64,000 nt of DNA from Eremomyces bilateralis CBS 781.70 (taxonomy: Eukaryota). Of this stretch, positions 10,239-22,837 are shown one piece after another (the first letter of the stretch is position 1; the number at the start of each line of letters is the position of its first letter). The stretch is taken from NCBI GenBank assembly GCA_010015585.1, contig ML975150.1. One strand, written 5' to 3'. Both the position numbers and the translations under genes were made by a program. Below the pieces are notes generated by a model that worked only from the letters and a program-made list of their open reading frames with translations, ran no database searches and had not been told where the DNA came from.

Positions 10239-13200
10239 TCATTTCTTCTTCGACGATTTCCCTCCCCTCCCTCCCCTCCCGGGGTTACCTTTGCTCTTCC
10301 CTGATCCGCCGCCTTTGCTGTCCGAGCCACCTCCTCCTGGCATCATGACCTTCATCTTTGGCACCGGAATGGTCCCAACTACTTCGGCGTCTTTCCAGGC
10401 TCGAATCAAGTCAACTTCTCCAGGCCAAATTCGATCTGCATCCTCGCTCTTATGATCGATGCGCTTGGTGTTCTTGAAATCGCGCTCCCATCCGGCGACA
10501 ATCTCTTTGACTGCCTTGCCCCTCTTAACCAGGCCAGGTTGTATCTTGACCTTATATTTGAAATTTGCCAATGCAGTCCAAGGAGCGCATACCGGAAGAG
10601 CTGCGATCAGTTCATCGCCCGGCAGAGGTCGGCCAATGAAGGAATCCAACCCTACCGACTCCAGACGAGCTTTTTCATCATCATCCACAGCGTCTTCGCC
10701 ATCCATTTCCACTGCCCCCGATGCAGACTCTTTTTCGCGCTGGAGTCGCCTAGCTTCTTCCGCAGCTAGCCCTTTCGCTTGAGCCTGTTTGTGTTGCTCT
10801 CGACGACGCTCCTTGTCCCGGGCAGCTTCGAGTTCCTTCTGCTTCTTCTCAGCCAACTCTTTCTGCGCCTTTTCCTGGCTGGCTTGAGCTCCAAGGAGGC
10901 GTAGTGCCATCTTACGATCCTCTTCATCTTGATGGGCATACTTGGCCGCCGCTCGTTTCTGTTTCGACCTCTTTCCTCGCGGAAGATTGGGTTTTTGCTG
11001 AGAATTGGCCACGCTCGGCGCCACCGATGGTTGTCTGCTGAAGGGCTCATCGTTTAACCTTCCGGTAGTCTCGGATGATGGCTGCTCTTCGTCAACTTGG
11101 TCCCTGTCAGCATTACGATCCGTATCTGAGCCATCGACCCTATCGTGCTGGCCGTGTACAGTTTCCTCTTGCTCCTCATTTGCCTTGGCACTGGCGTCAG
11201 CACTGTCGATGATTGAACCATTTGGTTGGCTATTATCTCGCGCCTTGCCTTCAGGCAGTACTCGAGGAGCTTGAGGTATCGGTGGTGCAGTTGTCCGTCC
11301 ACGCGGCGCCTCCGAAGCAGCCAGCTCGGAGCCAGGCGGACCAATTTTCACATCCGGGAAATCATCGTCGTCTTCTGTATCAGATTCAACGCGCTTCGCA
11401 GGGGCCTTGGAATCAATGGTAACATCCGGAAAATCTTCGTCTTCATCAGTCATGTCCCCGGTGGCAGCACTGAGCGCGGATGCCTTGTTGCCTCTACTGT
11501 CCTGAATTCTGTCCTTGATGTGTCTCACTTTGCTCTCATCTGAGACTTGGAAAAGCACACCAATGCCCATCAAGAGCTGCGATGGCGGCAAGTAGTTTTT
11601 CTTCCCCTGGATCATGAATCCTCCAGCAGTTAGGTACTCTCCAGTTGGTGCAGTCTTGGAAACTTGGTCCGAGTGCACCCACCAAGCTGACATTGGCGCC
11701 TTAGAATCCCATGCACTTGAACCACAGACAGAAAAAGACCCCGCTTGGGATAGAGTGGAGGGCGGGATTGGAGCGTTCGGAGTTGACGGATTGTTCATGA
11801 TGATGACTGAAGGCGCCCCCTGAAGATCGGCATGTACATAGACATCGCCATCCTTCAGATAACGCGAATACAGGATCTCGTTCTGTGTAGCATCCTTGCC
11901 GCCAAGAACAAGATACCCATCGGACGAGATGAAGTAAAGGAACTTTTCGAACCAAAATTGCTTTCGCAGCGGACGTAAAATTTCCTTCTCTTGCTTGAGG
12001 CCTTGCTTGAGATCTGCTTGGATTTTATGTTCTTGCCGCTTCAAGGCCACCGTGGATGACTCGACCGTTCGTTGTTCTTTCGCACTAGCGACTTTCTTCT
12101 GGTCATAGTATTGTCTGGCATTCGCCCAACCCGACAAATCCAGCCTCACGTCGACCTCTATGGCGGAGGGCTTTGGTTGGCTAGAGTCTTCAGCGTCTCG
12201 GTCGGTGGATGATTCCTCGCTGTCAGTTTCGTCCGCATCCCAGTACTTGTTTTGCTCCTCGCTGTCACCATCACCCACTTCTTGTAGGATTAATGTGATC
12301 GCATTCTCATTGAGCTTCAAGGGTGGTTTTATTGTTAGTGCGGTCGGGTTGCCACGTTCCTGCTCAGCCTTGATCAACCGCTCAATATCCACCCAGTCCA
12401 TACCCTGGGCAATGAGCGAATTGATAGCCTTTGTAGCCTCCTCCACTCGCTCAAGGTTGGCTTTAATCGCTTCCGCTTTCCTCACATTGGTTTCTTGGAC
12501 CTTCTGCAGCCCTTCGACACGGTGACGATGATCTTGGCGAGCTTGTTCGAGTCTCTTTTTGGCACCATCTTCACGTGCGTGAAGGCGAGACTCCAGCTTC
12601 TGACCCTCTAATGCCGAGTAAAATTGGTCCACGGTGTGATTGAATCCGTCAAATTCGAGAATACGATGGTTTTCGGAAGTCTCGAACTGGCACGGTTTGA
12701 AGGGGTGGTATTCATCGTACGCGAAATGAGAATCGTCTAGCTCTTGAGCAGAAGCCGATCCATTGTGACGAGTGTTTTTGGCTACAATGTACCCATTAAG
12801 CTGTGTGCTGGACGTTATACTTTGGCAAACCTCTTTTGCACTCCTCAGTGCGTTCATGAGAGATTCAAAAGCTTGGTCATTGGACAGGACCGATTCCGGT
12901 GACATGGAAGCATCGACTCCCTCCTGTTGCAGCGCATGGTCAAGCAGTGGGGGAGGAAGTTCGAACATGAAACTGGACACCGAGGAGCGTAAAATACTTT
13001 TATTCGTCTTTTTGAGTTTCCCACCGGCGCCTTGCGGTTGATTAGTTTTACTTCGAGCAACGAAGTTCTGCAGTCCATCTCGGACACGTTCGGGGGTGAG
13101 CTCGGGGACACCATCAACATTCTGCCTCAGAGAAAGATTGTACGTGGACCCAGGTCGTACGTGTTCATGCTCTGCGCCTTCGTCCACTGTGCGTAGGGGC

Positions 13201-13723
13201 GTGATGACTTTGAAGTCGGCATCCGTAAGGATAATATTTCCCCCTGCATAGAATTCTAGGAAGAGCCGGTACAAGCCATCGGAGAACTGAAACTCCAGAA
13301 TACGATCGGTTCCTACTTGAGAAACGGATGTGACTCGTCTAGTACGTAGAGATTTGCGCAATCGGGCGATAAATGCGGAGGGAGTGGCGGCGGTTTCTCG
13401 AGAGAACTTGGTGAGATGGCAACGGAACCCGGATTCGATGACGAACTGCTCCCGTCGGTCGGGCTTATGAAACCGGATAAGGAATATTCGCTGGAGTGAG
13501 TCAGCATTCGAATTGGGAGGAGGATTGATCCATCACTAACCGGGGAAAGGTCATAGATATTTGTCACTCGGAGCCCGCAGAGCGAAGAGGAGAGCTCTTG
13601 AGCAATAGCCTGAAGTCATGGATGAGCGGTTGCTGGCAGCGTGGAAAGCGGCAGCGCGGAAAGCAGCAGTGCTTGGGTGATTAGTCTCACCTGGACATCC
13701 AAGGAAGAGAAGCGTTGCTTCAT
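10239..13723 (-). CDS. RQC2: Ribosome quality control subunit Rqc2/Tae2 (NEMF)
   Basis: Starts MKQRFSSLDV, then LRVTNIYDL; NFACT motifs FWFEKFLYFISSDGYLVLGGKDATQNE and SKTAPTGEYL; C-terminal PVCAPW..KYKVK; two 5' introns. Confidence 0.95.
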
Positions 13724-14285
13724 ACTGGGCGAATATCGTATCAAAGGTTCAGAAGGGTGTGGTAGTATTGATTGTACAGCTACTGGATTGAATTTGACGA
13801 TGCTTATGATTCACGATCAGCGTCACTACAGTGCTGCGGTAGTGGTTCATAAAGTCCGCCCTTTCATTACTCTCCACACCTTCTGTTCCCTCGATTTGAT
13901 TCACGAAGCTTCCATCACATACTTAGTTATTCCGTCTTTGGAGGGTTCATCAAGTGCAGCTTTAGCTGAGGCATTGCATTGAGGCAAATCTTGTTGAAGG
14001 GAAGCTTGCAAGACTGAAGGAACTTGATCCATACGAGGTCACCAAGCAGGGGGTCCCGCCTTGCTTTTGATGATGGAACTAAGCCGTGTCAACGGGAGAG
14101 ATGAATTTCATGAACGTAAGATACCGCATGGAATGTGGCCATAGAGAGGCCAGGAGGAGGCAAGGATATCACGCTTTATGCTCCTATAGGTATGCGGTTT
14201 TATCATTTCCAGATTGAGAAATGCTACAATTCAAGTGATTGTACGGACATTGTGGCCTTTGCTGCCATCTTCGACCTCACGAACC

Positions 14286-15401
14286 TCACGAACTGACGCG
14301 GATCCGCTTCTCGGCCCCCAAGTCATCATCTTGAGAGCGTTTTCCAATCTTTGTGAGAGCCTCTTCCACAATCGGCTGACTGTTATCCATCTTCTCTCGC
14401 ATCCGCTTGAAGCAATCCCGGTACGCTTGATGTACCTCCGGAATAGTGACGCCAAACTCACCCATTTTGCGAACCAATTTGCCGCTGTCAAGCTCGCAAT
14501 TGCTTCGTCCAGCTTTGAGGACTTTCGCCTGCTCGTCCAGGCTGAAGTTCGCCCACTTGAACCCTGGATCTACGAGCTCTTTGTACATCTCCAGGATCTC
14601 ATTGTGGCTGATCGCGCCGGGGTTCGTAAAGTTATACACACCCACTTCGCGTGCCTCCGCTAGTGCGATCGAGCAGGGAAGAAGATCGCTCAGGATAGTT
14701 TGCGAGTTGGGAACGTCGACAACCTTGGCGTATTTTGTGATCTTCGTCACAAAGCTGCGTGGATGGAGATCGTCCGAGACGGGCATCCGCAAGCGCAGGA
14801 TGAGGCAATTGTCGTATGCTCGCATGATCTAGCGCCGGGTGAGCATGAACCAAGGGGCAGGTGTTACAGTGCTGACTTACATCCTCAACCCGAGACTTGG
14901 TGAAGGAGTAGAATGATCCGCCGAAGTTCGCGGAATCGTCTTCCTTGAACTTGAAAGCTCCGCCCATCGGATGAGCTTCGTCGTAGGTATAAATACCTGA
15001 TCGAAGAAAATCAGTAACTACAACCAGCTGAACCGGAACCATCAAGGGACCTTACATCCTGTGGCGAAGACAGTGATGTGAATTCCTTCCATAAAGCAGC
15101 AATCTGTCAGATTGAGCGTCCCAATGGCATTGCTGCGGACCGTTGCCTCCTTGTTGTCCTCGCACCAGTCCACGTTAGGTCGGCCGGTACATCCGGCGCA
15201 GTTGAAGACATGAGTTGGTTTGTATTCGTCCAATACCTTCATCACATCATCGCGGTTTTCCATACGTGCCGTGGTGGCGTGGACCTGCTTCCCCTTCGAT
15301 TCAAGCAGTCCTTTGAGGATGCCAGCAATCCAGCCATTAGCACCCCATATCAGATATACGTTTTCCGCGTTAGGCGTCGTGGAAGTTGGTAGGAGTGGCA
15401 T
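14286..15401 (-). CDS. UDP-4-keto-6-deoxyglucose 3,5-epimerase/4-reductase (NRS/ER-type, UDP-L-rhamnose synthesis; 3 exons)
   Basis: LIWGANGWIAG, KPTHVFNCAGCTGRPNVDWCE, FATGCIY, GSFYSFTK (YxxxK), LRLRMP and GVYNFTNPGAISHNEIL, all characteristic of plant/fungal NRS/ER. Confidence 0.93.
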
Positions 15402-15782
15402 TTTGGAAGCGTTACCAGCACGGATAGACAACGGGATATTGAAGATGTTGAAATGACGAAGAGCGGGTTTTCCACAACTTCAGGTTTCCTTCAGGACACG
15501 TTAACCGCTGGAATGAAAATTCACAATGACTGCAGTGGAAGCAAAGGAGCAGCGTGTAACGGGAGGAAAATTATCAGTGTCTTGCGCTTGCAGCAATGCA
15601 ACGTCGTGTCTTTTTTCATTAATTGATTTTTCTTTCCTGTGGAACATAGACCAGGAGGGAATTCTCAGGTCAGTGAATAAGAAAAAAAACATGGAGCCGC
15701 GAATGACAGGTAGTCTTTCGATTAACATATCATCAAGAAACTGTTCGGTGACCATCGCCACCATGCCAGGGATGCGTATCCC

Positions 15783-16934
15783 CTACCGCGATCGCGCGTG
15801 TTGTGTCACCACGGAGTACCTGTTCTGGTCAGTGGCGTTACCAATGAGATGCGATCTACGAATCCATACGTGAAAATCCCTCCGATTGCCAATGCAATGC
15901 GCCATAGACAGCCATCGTTGACAGATTTCCGATCCACGATCTAGCCAAGCCCGACAATGCAACACGTCTTCAAATGCCCAACCATCATGCTACTCACAGC
16001 CCCCGCATGGTTGATGATCAGCTGGGATAGTGTAATCATGCACGCCATCATGCCGATCTATTGAATATTAGGACCTTTCACGAAATCTACACGGGGGTCA
16101 CTCGCCGCTAGAATGAGGATCCACGTCTCCCCGCTGGTCGCTGGCCAGACCGTCATGTCTTCTGAGAATGGGATCACGTACAAAAGTAGCAGTACGCTAG
16201 CCGGCGCTTGATTGAATAGCAACTGCATGCTGTTAAGTTCCATGGTCTTGTAGTACGCGCCTGCGTAGATTGTATAGACTGCGCTGCTCAGAACCCCAGC
16301 AAAGAAGAAGATGACTCCTCGTATCGATGTTGTATGTCTGCCGCTAGACTTCCCCAGGGCACCATTGAACGAGACAATGCCAACACCGACGCATGCTAGT
16401 ACCAAAGCAATAGCGGCGCCTCGGGAAATGGTAGTCTTCAAAGTCATGTAGTTGAGGACGACGACACATGGCGTGAGCAGGACACCGGCGATTTGATAGA
16501 ACGCAACCGAGGAGTGAGCGAAATACAAGTTGGGTAGGATTACATTAAACGCAAAACCCGCTGCTAAGGGCGGGATCCTCAGGAAAGGAACGCTCTTCGG
16601 CTGGAACAAGTCGAAGCCAGGTCTTGAGATGAGGAAGAGAGTCAAACCGGCGACGGAAAAGTAGAACGCGGCAAATGTGACCTGTGCGTATTTGAAAGAC
16701 GGGTTGTGAAATAATTGCTTGTTCGTGAAGACCTGGATGAGCGTCAGTTTGGGATCTGCAGAACATCGTCCCGCGTCCACTTACAATTCCAATTGTAGCG
16801 ACGACATTTGTTACACATGCAACCAGGAGCGGGCCATGGGATCCGCTAGATAGTTTTGATATAACCCGTGGAATTCCTACTTCGGCTTTCTCCTCGCCCA
16901 CCAGTTCCGCAATCTCTTCCTTATTTGAGGCCAT
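15783..16934 (-). pseudogene. Nucleotide-sugar transporter (TPT/SLC35E3/URGT-like) with a premature stop
   Basis: NVVATIGIVFTNK, NVILPNL...SSVAFYQIA..LLTP, QLLFNQAP, GHLKTC. Inferred introns at 16733-16784, 16058-16105 (GC-AG) and near 15820-15870. TAG at 15941-15943 sits where Trp is expected in LGW; homology continues to ...YSVVTQHARSR*. Confidence 0.8.
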
Positions 16935-17191
16935 GGTAGATATATGGCGAAGGACACATCCCGATGCTGAATTGATTGAATGCAAAAGTCGGCTCCTGCG
17001 GGGAAAACGACAGGATTTAAGGAAGGGGGGGCGCTTCTCCAACGCCCTTGAAACACTGCATTCTCCATACCCGCATTGGAACACAATCAAAGGTCGCCTT
17101 ACTTGGGCGCTTATCTGTTAAACGTGTGCTTTCCGAGGTCGAAAACCTTCCGATACCGCATTCAGGAAAACCATAGGTTCAGGAGGCGATC

Positions 17192-18675
17192 ATGGGAGGA
17201 TTCCAACACTGGCAACCCGCATCAGGCACGATTCTCATCGGCGTGTTGAAAGGCAACGATGCTGATATGGCGTAGCAGCGACGAGCCTCGGGTCTCGCTT
17301 CTTCACGGATAACGGGGAGTGGAAGAATGCTCCTCTCCTCACGGGGACGACGCGATTTGAGCCTCGCTCGGATACCAAGAACATCTTGGTGACAGGAGGG
17401 GCTGGTTTTATGTGAGTACCATACTTATCAACGGCACAGCACCAGGACACTTACCAGAGCATCATAGTCCGAGCTGGGTGGTCCGTCATTTGGTCGTGAC
17501 CTACCCCGAATATAACGTGGTGTCTTTTGACAAGTTGGAGTACTGCTCATCGCTGAACAATACGCGAATGTTGGATAATTATCCCAACTTCCGGTTCTTC
17601 CACGGCGATATTTGTAATCCGGCCGACGTTCTCACGGCGCTCCAGAGAGAGAAGATCGATACCATCCTGCATTTCGCGGCCCAGTCACATGTGGACTTGA
17701 GCTTCGGCAACTCGTACAACTTCACGGTGAACAATGTGGTGGGCACGCATGTTCTGCTGGAATGTGCGAACCACAAGACCGTGAACATCAAGCGCTTCAT
17801 CCACATGAGTACGGATGAGGTGTACGGTGAGGTGGGCGATGACGACGAAGATCTCCTCGAGCACAGCGTTCTGTCTCCAACGAACCCGTACGCTGCCAGC
17901 AAAGCTGCCGCGGAAATGATGGTGACGGCGTATATGAGGAGTTTCCGGTCGCCGGTGATCATAGTTCGAGGCAACAATGTCTACGGTCCTCATCAATATC
18001 CCGAGAGTGAGTGTTCGGTCTATCGAGAGGGGTTCATCAGCTGACAACATCCTAGAGGTCATCCCCAAGTTCATTAACCTGCTGATGCGCGGAAAGAGGC
18101 TCGTCCTCCATGGTGATGGGCTGAACAGTAGACGTTACGTGTACGCCTCCGATGCTGCCGACGCGATTGACACGATCCTACACAAAGGCTCGGTCGGGCA
18201 GATCTTCAACGTCGGTTCAGCGGACGAAGTCACCAATATGGAGCTGTGTTACAAGCTCCTGAAGGTCTTCGGAATCCAAGATTCCGACGTCGCTAAATCC
18301 ATCGAATACACGAAAGATCGTCCGTTCAACGACCGCCGGTATGCCGTGGACGATTCCAAGCTGAAGCAGCTCGGATGGGAGCAGAAAGTCCGGTTTGATG
18401 AAGGACTGCAGCGGACCGTGCAGTGGTATAAGGCCCACCGACACTGGTGGGGAGATATCTCAAGTATCCTCAGTCCGTTCCCAGAGATTCAAGGTCTAGC
18501 TGCTGATGTGCAACTGAACGAAGTGTCGGGACCGGAAACAAATTGGAAGAACGGCTCGAGTGCACCTGGAGGCCGTCAGTCATCCCCTTTGCGAGAACTC
18601 AGCGGAAACATGATGTTTGGGAAGATTGAGGAGGTAATCAATTCCAAGAAGCGCAAGGTTGATACCATAGCATAG
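17192..18675 (+). CDS. UDP-glucose 4,6-dehydratase (RmlB/RHM N-terminal-like; start exon tentative)
   Basis: NILVTGGAGFI, DKLEYCSSLNN, HFAAQSHVDLSF, STDEVYG, PTNPYAASKAA, RGNNVYGPHQYPE, DRPFNDRRY. Clear introns start at 17412 and 18008; first exon inferred via a GC-AG intron 17226-17275. Confidence 0.93.
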
Positions 18676-19019
18676 ATTGGCACCACGAGGTCCTGGGGTC
18701 CTGGAGGGCGGTTGTCTCATCACAAAGTATCAGTCAGCTTTGCAGTCATTTCGGTATCTGGGAACCTGGCGTACCATGATTTTTTCCTAGATGCATCAAC
18801 CAATTCCAAGTACCAATCAGAATTTTGAGTTTCCTGTTCAAATGTCGGAGCTATCAGGTGAGAGCTACGAGCTGTTCGGTCACAGTTCGAATATGGTGCC
18901 ATGAGGCTGCGTTTCATGGAATATATTCCGCTTCTAGGCTACGGCAACGCTAGGCCTTTCCCTTCCGGCTCGACTTATCCAAGCACACGAGAGCTATCTT
19001 CTGCAGCATTCCCGTTTGA

Positions 19020-19891
19020 TCACCCGCCCTTTCGCGGAGGAATCGGGGTAGCCACCGCGGGTTTCACGCCTTGCTGACCTTTCTTCTTCATATACGCCTC
19101 TAGATGTTTCCTGACCTGGACCAAGCTGGTTTGCTTGTCCTTTTCGGCCTGACAATCCTCTAATCTATACGGCGATTTGATGATGACCGCGTCGTTCACA
19201 ATGATAGCCTGACCGTGCCATCGAGTGGGGAATCTGTGTTCGAGTTAGTTTTAGAGAGCAATAGATACTGTTGGAGGATGGAAGAGCATACATCCTGTGT
19301 AGCGCGTCAAATATCTCCTGCGCTTCCCTAGTTACGCCCTTTCCCCGCGTCATATCCTGTTCTTTCAACTTCCGAATGGCCGCCTCTTCTCTCGCCTTCA
19401 GCGCCCCAATATCGACCTTGGAGATAGCCGGTACTGCGGTCTCGAAGATTGCTGCATCGCGTTGCGAGCCATCCGCCGAAAGGCTTAGGACTTCGAATGA
19501 CTTGATCTGCGAGACGGGTATTATGTGGTAATCGCCCGGCTGGTTTGATGCATTTGGATTCGGAGGAGGGGGCGCGGTGTTAATTGCCACAAGGTTGGTG
19601 GCAGAACATGCGGTGAAGAGGGTGCCCTCAAGGACAACGTCTGAGGAAGTGGTGATCCTGACTCTGCGACAGGTTAGTTCGACGGATGGGGAGAATTTCA
19701 GCTCATGGTGCCGCCAGAAAGATCGCTAAGGGAACACCAGCTTCGCGATGATATATATCTGATTAACAAGACTATGACGAGGTCACGTACCTTGCACCAA
19801 TCGCTTTTGCGAGAGCCATATCTGGCTCGGTGAAACCGGACTTGGTCGCCGGTGGCTTTCCACCGATGGACTGCCGTTTGCTCTCGGCCAT
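19020..19891 (-). CDS. LSM12-like protein (LSM plus anticodon-binding domain)
   Basis: LEGTLFTACS, DYHIIPVSQIKSF, GKGVTREAQEIFDAL, PTRWHGQAIIVNDAV; two introns. Confidence 0.85.
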
Positions 19892-20820
19892 GATTTCCAC
19901 TCTACAGAGATCGTTGCGCTCCGTCTGTATCTTCCTACTTCGGCTCGTCGATCCGCTCAATCAAGGGAATACGCGAGGATCGACATGAAGCGGGCGACGG
20001 CGCGAGTCGAGATGATGTCCCTGAACCGGAACACCTGGAAAATGGAAGCTGAAGAGACCCGAAACACCAGCAAAGAAGTAGAACGAATGAGACGAAGGGG
20101 CCGTGAAGGCTATGAAAATATGAGCCTTCCCAAGCTCGATGATGGAGGCTCAAAGTGGTGGGAGATTCTCTCCATGTTGCGGACGAGGTGAAAGGACGTG
20201 TTTGGGCAATCGATAGGGACGGCAAGTTCCGTCTGTCACTTCCCATCAGGAGTTCAGGACGTCACAGACTCACAGGGCGTCACAGTCACATCTTCAACAC
20301 CTGGGCACAGATGTGGATGGGTTTCAGGAGGCATCACTTGGCCATGATGTTGTGATCAATACCGTGAAACTGCTGCAGCATTGCTTTGCCATGGCATGCA
20401 GCACTGCCCTAGTATTCCCCTATTCAGACCGGAATTGTCATGCATCCCGATCGTGCTCCGCCACGAACATCGATTATTGCAACCACGCGCGAGTCCCGGT
20501 ACTAGTTCGTCCACTTTCCGCATTTCGCTAATGGGGATAACTACAGGTACGTTACAAAAAATATTCGAAAAAGCCGTAACAGCATGCTTGCGCGTGCTCT
20601 CATGGAAGACATCGTTCCATCATCAATCACCAGTTGTGGGTTAGGGGGACGTTCGGGAGGGAACGATCCAGCCAGTTGCCTGGGACTCTCTCCACCAACC
20701 GTTCTCGCTCCAACGCCCCCAGATTCACCCCTTCCGCCAGAAAGGTACCCAAAACAGCTGAATTTAACGCCGAAGCCCGCACAAGTTCTTGCGAGGGGAA
20801 GATCGTTGGGGTAGACGTCA

Positions 20821-21774
20821 TCACACTAACCCATCGTATAGTGAAAGGGCGCTAACGATGGTCTCGTCGCGTTTCGATCCCTCTTTGAATTCGGCCATGT
20901 CCAGGCTGCCGTTCTCGTCCTTGTCCATCATGCGGAAGATTTTCCGTACGCGCTTTTCCGGCGTGTCTTCGTCTTCGGGTAACTTCACCATGGATCCAAC
21001 CTGACGTGACGGGTTAGTCTCGCACTGCGCAGGCGCATGTTCGATTGAAGACGCACCATTTTGTAGATGGCTTCCACGATCGCCAGCATTTCGTCGTAGC
21101 TGATCTTTCCGTCGCCATCAATGTCGTATAGCTGGAATGCCCAGTCCAGTTTGTCTTCCATTTTCCCTCGGCTCGTTACGCTTAGCGCGCATATGAACTC
21201 CTTGAAATCGATCGACCCGGATTTGTCGGCATCGAACACATTGAATACGTAATCGGCAAATGATGAGGGGTCGCCGAAGGGAAAGAATTGCTTATATATT
21301 TTCTGGAATTCTTCTTTGGTGAGCATGCCCGAGGGGCAGTCTTTTAGAAAGCCTATCGAATGTGTCAGTAGAATGTTACGTGGACAAGCGACGCCCCCTA
21401 ACTCAATGCAGCCATTGCGCAGTAGACGGACCTTTGTACCATTGCTGGAGTTCCTTCTTGTCGAAATGGGTGGCCTTTTGCAGGTCCGCCAGCTCTTGCT
21501 GGGAGAGTTTACTCTGACTGCGAGGGAAATGTCAGCTTGCGCTTCCCCTCAATACGGCTCGCTGTATAATTGCGCCATTTCGAACATTTGATCGAGCGGA
21601 AGACAGGTATGAAGTGCTGGTAACTCGATTGTGGGAAGACACCTCCAACCGCGCTCACCCGCAGATGCCAACGCTGAAGCGGGATGGACGGGAACGGGGA
21701 TCGTCGGGTCGACCGGTTTGCGCGAACGAAGATATCGTATAAAGGAATGCAACGGGAACTTACGACTTTCCCAT
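20821..21774 (-). CDS. FRQ1: Neuronal calcium sensor-1/frequenin homolog
   Basis: MGKSQSKL myristoylation start on an 11-nt first coding exon; EF hands [12 protein letters not shown] and [12 protein letters not shown]; ends LSLYDGLV*. Confidence 0.95.
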
Positions 21775-22837
21775 ATTGGCGATCGGATCCTCGTTGCGCC
21801 AACGGCAACGGTCTCAGATTTCGAGCAGCGGTTTGGGAGAGGGACTCGATTCCACGCGGGCGTAAACAGAGGATTGGGAATTGAGAGGGGAGAGATTATA
21901 ATTCCAAGTGGCAGGAGTCTTTAAGAGGCAATATTCAGGAAAAGGCGCAGTCGCGGAGGCGAAAGAGGGGAACGTACGGAGTATGATTGATGTACCTGTG
22001 TCGAGTTGGAGGTAACAGTGGTATCTGAGGTGGTGGGCATCAGGCATGTCATGGTGTGGAGTGTGGACTGACAGACCCAGACCCTCCTCCTGGTGGTGGT
22101 GCCGGTGGTGGTGCCCGTACCATAGTAGTAACTAGTAAGGACGTGAGCCGTGAGGTCAACCAAGCGCCGTCCCAGCGGAGTCTAACCGAATTAAGTTGCA
22201 ACGTACTGACAGTGTGAGGCGCAGCAACTTAACCCTCCAGAACATTTTTCACCTGTATCATCATTATCATTTGCTACATCTTGAGCACGGCATGGTCAAG
22301 CTGCCAATGAGGAACAGCGATGGGCACCGTGCCGGGATTCACCCATTCTAGATGCTCCGATCACTAATCTGTATGGCCTGGACCTGCATCTTCGCTACAA
22401 CTTTGCTGCATACCCAACATCTGTCCAACCTGACATCCTCCTGGAGTTGGGCATCCCCATACTCCGAAGTCTCACACCCAGTCCAGTCTCGCGCCTACAT
22501 ATGGGACATCGTAACGACGTATAGTTCCACCACAGTAAAGGAAACAACGTGTTAGTCTCTCGTTGCTCCATGAGAGGAGCTGCAGTCACCACCACCAATA
22601 TGACAAGCGCAAGGCGACGGGAGGATTCAGTCGGTCGTGGCAGGCGCCGCTTCAATCAGAGGACTAAGATGGCGGAAACGGGGAATCCCCAATCGTAAAC
22701 CAAACATCAGCGCAGTCCAACACTTCAACCAACAATCCGTCAAGTGTTGCGATTTACTCTCCTATTTTGGCCTATTAGAGTCTATTCCGTCATTTGGTTA
22801 CCCGGTGTCCTCTATTGTTCCTTTCCACTGATTCGCT

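Noticed and set aside
22352..22555. Short ORF with SSWSW..AYIWDI, faintly like GH12
   Set aside because: Too short and similarity too weak without a search
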